In this document: positions 50,100 through 58,619 of the stretch, piece after piece
Position numbering within the stretch: the stretch's first letter is position 1
How the letters are laid out: the number at the start of each line of letters is the position of its first letter
Origin: Myxococcota bacterium
GTDB taxonomy: Bacteria > Myxococcota_A > Polyangia > Nannocystales > Nannocystaceae
Assembly (NCBI GenBank): GCA_039028615.1
Contig: JBCCHT010000006.1
Coordinates: 96,001-160,000 of the forward strand
Length of the DNA: 64,000 bases
Reading direction: 5' to 3'
Program-made: the position numbers and the translations under genes
The notes under the pieces: generated by a model
The model's input: the letters and a program-made list of their open reading frames with translations, nothing else
What the model was told of the DNA's origin: nothing
Databases searched by the model: none

Positions 50100-51950
50100 G
50101 TCTAGCTCGCGGCGTACACGCCGTTCTTCGGTTCTGTGCGATCTGGGGCCCGGCCACTTTAGTAAGCCACGACTGAGGCAAGTCACGCAAGGCCCCCCGC
50201 AACTCAACTCAGACGAACGCAAGTTGATAACCGATGCGGTACTTCCCATTGTAGGCGGTGAGACTGCGCGTGTGGCGGTTGATCACGCCATCCGAACCGA
50301 AGTCATTTTCGCTGTAGACCTTGATTCGGACACCATAAACTGGCCATGCTCGCTCGAAGATCAGTGCATCGAGGAGGCTATTGAGCGCAGGGCCAAGGGC
50401 ACCCGCGATAGCAGCCACAGATTTCGCGCCGGCAGCACTCCCCACAGCCTGGATACCAGCAGTGACCGTATCTGTAATCCGACTAATACTCCTCATCGTG
50501 GAAGCATTGGAATCCAGCAGCATAAAGTGCCAGTAAAATGTCTTCGGATAGGAATTCGTGGTCGAAAGGCTAAACTTACCCAGATGCCGTTCGCCATAGC
50601 TCATGTAATCTCCATCGTCGATGTGTTTCCCTAGGTAGATTGCCTTATGAGAGTCAATATTTCCACTTGCCCCAATCCAGGATGACACGAGATACATCTT
50701 CCGATTGTATTCAAAACCTCCCCAATTCGCCTCATCAATACAGTGAATCGCTCGCAGGTTCATATGAAGGTTCTTATACCTTGAGGGACTTGGCTGAGTC
50801 GTCGCCCGGCCAGTAAGGCCGCTCACTGAAGGGCGAACAAAACCCGCCACAGTCGGTGACGGAGAGACAACCACCAGATCGCTGGGCATGAAACTCTCCT
50901 TCAGTTCGTTGTCGTTCAAGATTCGATCTAACCGTGGGCGAAGATCATCGAACACTTCGTCATCCAAAGCTGATACGATCGAAGCGGCCTGCCTCTCCAA
51001 CGATGCGGGATCGTCCGACAGCTCAACGGCGGATGGCCGGGCACGATTGAGCATTGCGGACATGAGTACTTTGAGGGATGTTCGCGCGAGCGTCACTGCA
51101 TCCTGGCGATCAGCGGCGGACAGGGACGCAAAGGAGAATGGTTCAACTGGCATTGTCTTCTCGTGTTTCGTGTATGGGGGGGATCTCGCCTCGCTCCACA
51201 AACGAGGCATTTCACATTGTGGCCCGAGACAAAGTGCGCAATTCATCTACTCGTAGAGACCAATCGCAGAGCACCCATAATAGAACGAATCCCCCTCCAA
51301 GACCCGACATTTAAGACTTGAGCGACGTTTTTTTTGTCCGCTACGAAAGAGGATTCCCAGCATGACACGAAAGCGCCATCTACTGTAAATGCGAGAAATG
51401 AAGCCAGTCAACCGAGGATGACACGTCAATGCTCCAACAATGGAACGGTATCCCAAATCTGAGACATCCAGCATGTAGATTGCTCTCATGTAATAGGCTT
51501 CGTCGCTGAGTCTTTACGCGCCCGGCGCTGGCCGTTTCGGGGGGGGGGGGCGCTGACCCGCGAGAGCGGTGAGTCGAGAGTGACCCCACTGGGCCATCTT
51601 CCTGCACACGGTTCTCAAGCCACGCGGGCACATGCTGGCTCTCAACGCCTTCTGGACTTCAACACCGAAGCGCCCCCGCCGAAAAAACGGTGGCCAAGTG
51701 GATCAGCAAGCCTACTAAGCTCACGCCCTGGACCGCAGGTTCTCAATCTGCATAGCCCCGTCTCGTCGTACTGGACGATGAGTATCGCTCCATACGCAGC
51801 CCATGATGCCATTGAGCACTCAATACGACCCACAACGTGCAGACATGTTGGAAACAGCATCAACCAAAGACCAAGGATAGTGCCGCACTCTGAAGACACA
51901 ACCGTCGAGGCCTAGTGCAGTGCGGTATGGCGCGTGAGAGGTTAGGGCCC
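50100..51950. other. Low-GC horizontally acquired islet
   Basis: Visibly AT-richer than the flanks; for example 50641-50700 has 26/60 GC by hand count. Boundaries are approximate. Confidence 0.7.
50209..51153 (-). CDS. Low-GC orphan hypothetical protein
   Basis: ORF of about 314 aa from ATG 51153, with atypical codon usage and a Gly/Ala-rich hydrophobic segment. Confidence 0.7.
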   Translation of the reverse strand: MPVEPFSFASLSAADRQDAVTLARTSLKVLMSAMLNRARPSAVELSDDPASLERQAASIVSALDDEVFDDLRPRLDRILNDNELKESFMPSDLVVVSPSPTVAGFVRPSVSGLTGRATTQPSPSRYKNLHMNLRAIHCIDEANWGGFEYNRKMYLVSSWIGASGNIDSHKAIYLGKHIDDGDYMSYGERHLGKFSLSTTNSYPKTFYWHFMLLDSNASTMRSISRITDTVTAGIQAVGSAAGAKSVAAIAGALGPALNSLLDALIFERAWPVYGVRIKVYSENDFGSDGVINRHTRSLTAYNGKYRIGYQLAFV

Positions 51951-51954
51951 TCTC

Positions 51955-52803
51955 CTAAGGCGTCAGCACCGTGTTGTAGATGAGTCGCACGCCGCCCAGG
52001 AACACGGCGAGCGCACACAAGGCCGGTCGCTCGATGGTGATCAGCGGCTGCAGGTCGTCGGCGTCCACCAGCTCGGCGTAGTCGACCTTCCCCGGAGCCA
52101 GGCGCTCCTCCGCGTCGGCCAGCAGCGTCTTCACGTCGCGCTCTCCGGCCTCGAAGCGCTCGCGGACGGTGGCGAGGAACTTCGACAGCACCACCGCATG
52201 GGGCCGAAGCTCGGGGCCCAGGTTGGCGTTGCGGCTCGACATGGCCACGCCGTCGGGCTCGCGCACGATGGGCATGCCGACCACTTCGCCGCCGAGCATG
52301 AGGTCGGCGTGCATGCGACGGAGAATCGCCAGCTGCTGGTAGTCCTTCTGACCAAAGACCGCCACGTCGGGCTGCACCAGGGTCCACAGCTTGGTGACGA
52401 TGGTGCAGACCCCCCGGAAGTGACCGGGACGACTCGCTCCGCACAGGCCGTTGGACAGGCCGTGGACCTCGACCCAGGTCGACCGCGACGGGTACATGAT
52501 GTCGGGATCCAGCGGGCAGAACGCGATGTCGGCCCCGGCCGCCTCCGCCTTGGCCAGGTCCCCCGCCTCGTCCCGGGGGTAGCGATCCAGATCCTCATTC
52601 GGCCCGAACTGGGTCGGATTGACGAAGATCGTGAGCATCACCGTGCCCTCCGAGGCCGGCACCCGGCGTCGTGCCTCCTGGACCAGCGACAGGTGGCCTT
52701 CGTGCAGATAGCCCATGGTAGGCACCATTGCGACCTGCTTCCCCGCTGGCTGCCGACTGCGCCAAACTCGGACCTCCTGTGGGGTTCGCAAGACCTGGAT
52801 CAT
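51955..52803 (-). CDS. panC: Pantoate--beta-alanine ligase
   Basis: VPTMGYLHEGH, IFVNPTQF, RPGHFRGV, FGQKDYQQ and MSSRN. Confidence 0.96.
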   Translation of the reverse strand: MIQVLRTPQEVRVWRSRQPAGKQVAMVPTMGYLHEGHLSLVQEARRRVPASEGTVMLTIFVNPTQFGPNEDLDRYPRDEAGDLAKAEAAGADIAFCPLDPDIMYPSRSTWVEVHGLSNGLCGASRPGHFRGVCTIVTKLWTLVQPDVAVFGQKDYQQLAILRRMHADLMLGGEVVGMPIVREPDGVAMSSRNANLGPELRPHAVVLSKFLATVRERFEAGERDVKTLLADAEERLAPGKVDYAELVDADDLQPLITIERPALCALAVFLGGVRLIYNTVLTP

Positions 52804-52956
52804 CGCGCCGCAGGCTGTACCACAGCTGCGCCGGCCGCTCAGCTCGCCGCTGAATTTACCGGGAAGCCGCCGTTTTCGCGCGCGTTCGAGGGATGCATCG
52901 TGATCCCCGAACGCCATCAAGTACGCGACACTATGGGAAACCTTGGACTCGACCTG

Positions 52957-54144
52957 ATGCTTGCGTACGCACGACCTCGCTCTTGGCTCCTCGCCACCCT
53001 CTGGCTTCCCACGCTCGGCTGTGGCGACAACTCGGGGGTCATCACCACCGGGATGGACACGGCCATGACCAGTGGGACGACGACGGGACAGGCCACGCCC
53101 GACGCGTCGAGCAGCAGCGGCGCGGCGAGCAGCAGCAGCGGCATCGCCGATACCACGAGCGACGACGGCACGACCGACGAGGGCGGCCGCGATAGTTCCG
53201 GCACCACCACCGGTCCCGCGATCGAGGACATGGGCTGCCCCGAGTGCACCGTGCTCGCCCACGGCCTGCAAGGCGGCCGCGGGATCGCCCTCGACGACGA
53301 GTACGTCTACTTCACCGACCAGGCCGCAGGCACGGTGGAGCGTGTGCCCAAGGGCGGGGGCCCCCGCGAGGTCATCGACGACGGGCAAGACTCCCCCTAC
53401 GGCGTGGGCGTCAACGACGAGTACGTCTACTGGACCTCCTTCAACGAGGAAGGCACCGTCCAGCGCCAGGTCATCGAGGGCGGCATCACCTTTGCGCTGG
53501 CCGCCGATGCCTTCCCGCGCTTCATGCAGGTGGTCGACGGCTGGGTCTACTGGTGCAGCTTCGACGACGTCCTCGGCCGCGTCCGCCGGGTGCCGGCCGA
53601 TGGCGTGGGAGAGTCCCCCGAGACGCTCGTGTCGGTGGGCAGCGGGGTCGCGGACCTCGTGGTCGTCAACGATGTCGTCTACTTCACCGCTCACCTGCCC
53701 CCCACCGCGCCGGGCCTCGCTCCCCAGGGCATCGTGTACACCGCGTCGGCCCACTTCCCCACTGAAGAGGCCGACCTGGAGGCGGTGGCCATCGAGCAAG
53801 CCGAGCCCTGGGGGATTACCCAGCGCGGCGGCACGCTGTACTGGATCAACGGCGTCGGCAACCCACAGGACCTGCCGCGACGCGTGCTGGGGCTCAACGT
53901 GCTCAACGGCGGCCCCCCGAGCAGCCTCGTCGTGCAGCAGACCGCTCCGTGGGGCATCGACGTCGACGACGACTTCGTCTACTGGACCGACTTCATCGAG
54001 GTCAAAGCGTACCCTCGGGCGGGCGGAGACGAGGTCTTGCTCGCCGACCTGCAGAACGTGGGGCGACAGATCCTGGTCGACGAAGAGTCGGTGTACTGGA
54101 TCACGACCGACCGGGTCCTGCAGCGACCCAAGCCCAAGCTCTGA
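52957..54144 (+). CDS. Beta-propeller repeat lipoprotein (D..YVYWT repeats)
   Basis: TLGC lipobox, S/T linker, repeated GIAVDDEYVYWT-like blades. Confidence 0.8.
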   Translation: MLAYARPRSWLLATLWLPTLGCGDNSGVITTGMDTAMTSGTTTGQATPDASSSSGAASSSSGIADTTSDDGTTDEGGRDSSGTTTGPAIEDMGCPECTVLAHGLQGGRGIALDDEYVYFTDQAAGTVERVPKGGGPREVIDDGQDSPYGVGVNDEYVYWTSFNEEGTVQRQVIEGGITFALAADAFPRFMQVVDGWVYWCSFDDVLGRVRRVPADGVGESPETLVSVGSGVADLVVVNDVVYFTAHLPPTAPGLAPQGIVYTASAHFPTEEADLEAVAIEQAEPWGITQRGGTLYWINGVGNPQDLPRRVLGLNVLNGGPPSSLVVQQTAPWGIDVDDDFVYWTDFIEVKAYPRAGGDEVLLADLQNVGRQILVDEESVYWITTDRVLQRPKPKL

Positions 54145-54168
54145 GCGCGGCGGCCGGTCGTCGCTCGC

Positions 54169-55281
54169 TCAGCGAGGCTCGGCCATCTTGGTGTCGGCCG
54201 AACGCTTGGGCTCGGCTCGCTTCGCGTCGGCGCGTCGATCCAACACCATGCCGCCGCGCCGGATCGAGCGCGGCTCCCCCGACGGGTTCGAGAACACCTC
54301 GCGCAGCTTCGCGTCGGCCTTGTCGGAGGTCACCGTGGTGAAGCCGAACTGCCAGTCGCGACCGAAGGCCTTGAACCGGTCGCCCACCATGTCGGGCACG
54401 TCGAGGTGGTTGCGAAGCAAGGGCGGAACGTCGTGGGGCAGCCGCATCGACCAGGTGCCCGAGCCCGCTTCCGACTTGGAGCAGGCGTGGCAGGTCTCGA
54501 CGCCGACGAGCAGCTCGACCTCCATGCCCTCGGGACCGAAGTCGGGCACCAACTCGATGATGTGAATGTCCCCGGGGCTGTCGGGAGCGTAGGGCGCGAG
54601 CGCGGGCTTGGTGCGGATCGATCGCCCCGCGACACCGACGATCTCGTCGAGGACCTTGGACGCCGGTTTCGGCTGCATGTCCACCGCCGCGCCGGTTCGC
54701 AAGTCGAAGACCCGGGCCTCACGGCTGACCGAGGGACGGTCTTCGTCGCACGGCTGGTGCTCGAGGCTCTGTCGCGTGAACAGGTAGGGGCCGATGTTGC
54801 CCGTGACCAGGAGCGAGCGCTGGAACTGCCCGTAGTCCTGCTCCGAACGCCCGCGAATGGGCTCGTACACGGCCACGGTCGAACCGCCGCCGGGAGGCAC
54901 CAGGCGACCCGACCAGTCGGAGAGACGACGCGTACCCCCTTCGCAATCGCCCGATTCGAACTCCACGGGCTCGGCCTCCCAGGTGAGCACCTGGTCCCCC
55001 GCCGCGAACACCAGCGCGTCCACCTCGCCCAGCTCGCCCTGACCGAGCTCGTCCTCCGTGACCCAGATCGTCTCGTAGTTGAAGCCCCCGTCTCGCTTGG
55101 GCCACTGGTTCCAGACCAAGTAGCTGACCGGCTCTTTTGTCCGCGCTCGGTCGCTCACCGAAGAGGCCGCCGCCTCGCCCTCGGCGGAACCCGAGCCGGG
55201 CTTGGCCGCGCAGGCCGTCCCCACCACCGAGCCCCCCAGTAGCACCATCGTTGCGAGTCGTCGCCCGTACCCGTCGCGCAT
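54169..55281 (-). CDS. Hypothetical lipoprotein
   Basis: GTAC lipobox, TGATG overlap with the upstream gene. Confidence 0.7.
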   Translation of the reverse strand: MRDGYGRRLATMVLLGGSVVGTACAAKPGSGSAEGEAAASSVSDRARTKEPVSYLVWNQWPKRDGGFNYETIWVTEDELGQGELGEVDALVFAAGDQVLTWEAEPVEFESGDCEGGTRRLSDWSGRLVPPGGGSTVAVYEPIRGRSEQDYGQFQRSLLVTGNIGPYLFTRQSLEHQPCDEDRPSVSREARVFDLRTGAAVDMQPKPASKVLDEIVGVAGRSIRTKPALAPYAPDSPGDIHIIELVPDFGPEGMEVELLVGVETCHACSKSEAGSGTWSMRLPHDVPPLLRNHLDVPDMVGDRFKAFGRDWQFGFTTVTSDKADAKLREVFSNPSGEPRSIRRGGMVLDRRADAKRAEPKRSADTKMAEPR

Positions 55282-56141
55282 CACTGCTCCCGTGCCCTCT
55301 CGGTCAACACCAGGGTCGACCCCTCCCCGACCAGAGTCAGTCGGTCTCCCGTGTGTCGCCACCGCAGGTCGTCGGCGAAGATCACCGCACGTACGACCGC
55401 ATCGAGTCGAGCCTCGTCGCCCTCGCAGCGCCCGTCGGCGCCCCTCACCCGAGACAACGACAGCCGCTGGCCTTGGACGCTGTAGTCACCGTGGCTCGGT
55501 GTGCATCCGTTGAAGACCTCGACCCGGCCCTCGTCGTCGAAGGACAGCGCCGCCCGCTTCTCGAGGTCGGTCCGCACGTCCTGCTCGCCGTGCCGGGCCG
55601 CGACTACCTGCCACGAAGACCGAACGAAGGGATTGCTGGGCATCGCCCGCTGATCCCGAAAATCGATGCGAGTCGCCCCCTGAATCAGGGTGAGCCCACC
55701 GGGGCGCGCCTCGATGCGGGGCTTGGACTCGAGGAAGTCGAAGTACCAGTCGTCCTGCGCGGCTTCGTGCCACGAGCACGGCACCCGAGACTGGTCCGCC
55801 CGGACACGCAGGTTGCCGTCTTCGATGAGATAGCGTCCAACGACGACGCTGCAGGCTCCCGCGGTGGTGAACTCGGAGTCCTCGAACTCCAGGCGCAGCT
55901 GGACTCCCTCCATCATTGGCGAGGGCGTGCCGTCTTCGAGGATGCGGATCGACAAGAACACCCGGTCCTCGACGTCGAGCGTCGACTCGGCCTCGCTCGG
56001 CTCGGAGGGCGGCGGCTCGGGCTCGGGGCCCGAAGAACACGCCACGATCCCGGCGCACATGCCGAGTACACAGCCGATTCGTGCCGCCGACGACGCGAGC
56101 CTCACGAAGCAGGAATGCCCGAGCCTCGCGGACTCATTCAC
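55281..56141 (-). CDS. Tandem META-domain lipoprotein
   Basis: IVAC lipobox and two META-like units (AGAC...GRY..E.G.L and FNGC...GDY...G..L). Confidence 0.75.
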   Translation of the reverse strand: MNESARLGHSCFVRLASSAARIGCVLGMCAGIVACSSGPEPEPPPSEPSEAESTLDVEDRVFLSIRILEDGTPSPMMEGVQLRLEFEDSEFTTAGACSVVVGRYLIEDGNLRVRADQSRVPCSWHEAAQDDWYFDFLESKPRIEARPGGLTLIQGATRIDFRDQRAMPSNPFVRSSWQVVAARHGEQDVRTDLEKRAALSFDDEGRVEVFNGCTPSHGDYSVQGQRLSLSRVRGADGRCEGDEARLDAVVRAVIFADDLRWRHTGDRLTLVGEGSTLVLTERAREQ

Positions 56142-56161
56142 GCGAATGCGTGAGCCAGCTC

Positions 56162-57091
56162 TCAGGCCACGCCGTTGTCGCGCAATCGCTCCATGAGGAA
56201 CGAGCGACCGGTCACCGCCGGGGTCTCGTCGGTGGCCGGCTGGAGCACGCCATCGGGGTGCGGATGGCAGAACAGCGGCATCGAGTAGCGCGACCGTCCG
56301 CGATCCTCGGGGGGATTGACGACCCGATGGGTGGTGGCCGGCAGGCGCCCTCCCGTGAGCAGCTGCATCATGTCCCCGGTGTCGCAGACCATGGTGCCCG
56401 GGGGCGGGTCGATGCTCAGCCACTGCCCGGAGCGCGTGCGCAGCTCGAGACCCGGCTCGTTGGAGGCGGGCAAGATCGTGAGCAGGTTGATGTCCTCGTG
56501 CTCGGCCGCTCGCACGGCCCCGGGCGGCACCTCGGCGGGCAGGGGCGGGTAGTGGATCATCCGCAGCACCGAGTTGCCGTCCGCGGTCAGGCGGGCGAAG
56601 TACCCCGGCTCGAACCCGAGGTGCAGCTCGATCGCCCGCAGCAGGCTCATCGAGAACCGGTCCAGCGCGTCGAAGAGCGCGGCCGCGTGCTCGTCGAAGT
56701 CGGGCACTTCGCCGACCTCGCTGTTGCGCGGGATGTCGCCGCTCTGGGTCAGGGGGTGCTCGTCGGACAGGCGACGCCCGGCGTGCCAGAACTCCTTGAG
56801 GTCGGCGACGCTGCGATCCTTGGCGTGCTCGACCCCGAACGAGGTGTAGCCGCGCTGGCGCCCCTGCTCGGGCCGCTCGTAGCGTCGCTTGACGTCGTCG
56901 GGCAGCGCGAAGAATGCCTGCGCCGCCTCGTAGCCCCGTCGTAGCAGCGCCTCGTCGACGCCGTGGTCGCGCACGAACACGAAGCCGAACTCCTCGAGCC
57001 CCTGGCCCAGCACGGCGACGAATCGATCGCGTCGCTGCCCACCCGCCTCGAAGTCCTCGAAGCTCACCGTCGGAATGCTCGCGGAGCCCAT
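56162..57091 (-). CDS. 2OG-Fe(II) oxygenase, isopenicillin N synthase-like family
   Basis: QRGY, DLKE, HEDINLLT (HxD), THRV and RYS. Confidence 0.9.
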   Translation of the reverse strand: MGSASIPTVSFEDFEAGGQRRDRFVAVLGQGLEEFGFVFVRDHGVDEALLRRGYEAAQAFFALPDDVKRRYERPEQGRQRGYTSFGVEHAKDRSVADLKEFWHAGRRLSDEHPLTQSGDIPRNSEVGEVPDFDEHAAALFDALDRFSMSLLRAIELHLGFEPGYFARLTADGNSVLRMIHYPPLPAEVPPGAVRAAEHEDINLLTILPASNEPGLELRTRSGQWLSIDPPPGTMVCDTGDMMQLLTGGRLPATTHRVVNPPEDRGRSRYSMPLFCHPHPDGVLQPATDETPAVTGRSFLMERLRDNGVA

Positions 57092-57198
57092 GACGGGGAT
57101 GGACTATAGCCACTGCGCGCGGCCGCGGGGTGACCTGCCGCGGAGCCCCGGTGTGGGGAGACTCCGTGGCAAATCTCCACGCCGCCGACGCGACGAGC

Positions 57199-58578
57199 TC
57201 AGTGCATGGCGCGGCCGCCGTAGGAATCGAGCACGTAGTCGGGCCACGTGACGGCCGGCGGCATCGAGGGTCGAGCGGCCGAGGGCGCCGATGCGCCGTT
57301 GCTCCGGGCGCGCTCCGCCTCTTGCTGACGCTTGAAGTACTCGGGCGGCGTCGGCTTGCGCTGGCCGTCGACCTCGGTCATGAACTGCCGCACCATCGGG
57401 CCGGCCAGGTACTGCACCAGCAGGTTGAGCGGGTTCATGTCCACGTGCTTGGGCTTGGTCGCCTCGAGCAGCTCGAGCGGCAAGTTGAAGGCGCGGTGGC
57501 GAAGCCAACGCAGGCCGCGCTGCTCGATGCCCAGCATCTTGGCGCTCTCGGTGCCGATGAAGTAGGTGATGAGCTCGGCCGCGGGGTTGAAGGCCCGCAG
57601 CGGCTTGGGCACGAGCCGGTTGATCCAGCCCATCATCGACTCGGTGAGCGCCCGGCCATCGGGGCAAGGCCCGGCCAGTCGCTGCTTGAGCGCGTGGAAG
57701 AGCGACGCCGCCTCGTCGTAGCCATCGGGCATCAGCTCGCGGCGAATGCCCATGGTGTGCCCCACCACGTTCCATAGGTGCACGTAGGCGTCGCGATCTT
57801 GCGGGGTCAGCTTGACGCCCATCTTCTCGAGGCCGCGCACCACCACGTAGGAGAAGGTCAGCAGGACGAAGGCCTGGTCCTCCTGGTTGATGGGCACGGG
57901 ATTCATCTCGGGCTCGCCGAAGGACAGCGGATCGCCGGGCAGCCCCGCCTCTTCCTCGGCCTCGCGGTAGACCGACTCGGGCAAGCGATAGCCATCGATG
58001 GTGAGCCGACGGATCAGCGCGTGCAATAGCCGCACGGTGAGCGCCTTCTCGATGCCGACGGGCACGACCGAGCGGTCCTCCCAGGGCTGGTGGACCAAGC
58101 CACCGGGCGCACAGATGGAGAACACCATGTGTGCCGTGTGCCGCAGGCGGCGGGCAGGCTGCTCGTTGAGCTGACCGGTCGACACCAGCACGGAGGCCCC
58201 GCGCGCATCGAGGTAACACTCGGGCAAGCTCGCCACCGCCAAGAGCACCGAGCCGGCGACGAGATTGTTGCGAGTCAGGTGCTGCCCCTGCTCGAGGAGA
58301 TTGCGATCGGCCCAGGGAGGCAGGTGTCGATACTCGTGGAGAAACTCGACCAACAGATCCGAGCCCGGGACCGAGACCAGGGCGTTGGGACTGCCCCCGC
58401 CCAGCAGGCGTCGCAGCAGGATCTTGGCGGTGACTTCGGGTGAGTCACCCGAGACGCGAAGCATCTCGTGGACGGCATCGTCCGCCGGGGGATCACCCTC
58501 ACAACGCATCTGATCGAGCGTGTCGTGATCCCAGATCTTCTCCCGCGAGGACATCCCAGTGAGTGTTGGGTAGGCCAC
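57199..58578 (-). CDS. MpaB/Lcp-like (DUF2236) heme oxygenase
   Basis: GDPPADD, SLPECY, RLRHT, VRLLHALIR, PINQED and HLWNVVGHTMGI. Confidence 0.85.
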   Translation of the reverse strand: MAYPTLTGMSSREKIWDHDTLDQMRCEGDPPADDAVHEMLRVSGDSPEVTAKILLRRLLGGGSPNALVSVPGSDLLVEFLHEYRHLPPWADRNLLEQGQHLTRNNLVAGSVLLAVASLPECYLDARGASVLVSTGQLNEQPARRLRHTAHMVFSICAPGGLVHQPWEDRSVVPVGIEKALTVRLLHALIRRLTIDGYRLPESVYREAEEEAGLPGDPLSFGEPEMNPVPINQEDQAFVLLTFSYVVVRGLEKMGVKLTPQDRDAYVHLWNVVGHTMGIRRELMPDGYDEAASLFHALKQRLAGPCPDGRALTESMMGWINRLVPKPLRAFNPAAELITYFIGTESAKMLGIEQRGLRWLRHRAFNLPLELLEATKPKHVDMNPLNLLVQYLAGPMVRQFMTEVDGQRKPTPPEYFKRQQEAERARSNGASAPSAARPSMPPAVTWPDYVLDSYGGRAMH

Positions 58579-58619
58579 GAACTCAGTATAGTCCTACATT
58601 GTCGTCCCGGGGGAGCTTC

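Noticed and set aside
51642..51899. 85-aa hydrophobic ORF as antitoxin or immunity gene
   Set aside because: No SD, codon bias or motif support, and several equally weak ORFs overlap it.
50080..52000. att direct repeats or an integrase for the low-GC islet
   Set aside because: No duplication of the panC 3' end was found by eye at the other border, and there is no recombinase ORF.
56162..57091. Beta-lactam biosynthesis (IPNS)
   Set aside because: It is a generic 2OG-Fe(II) family member, and no ACV synthetase or other NRPS/PKS gene is in the window.
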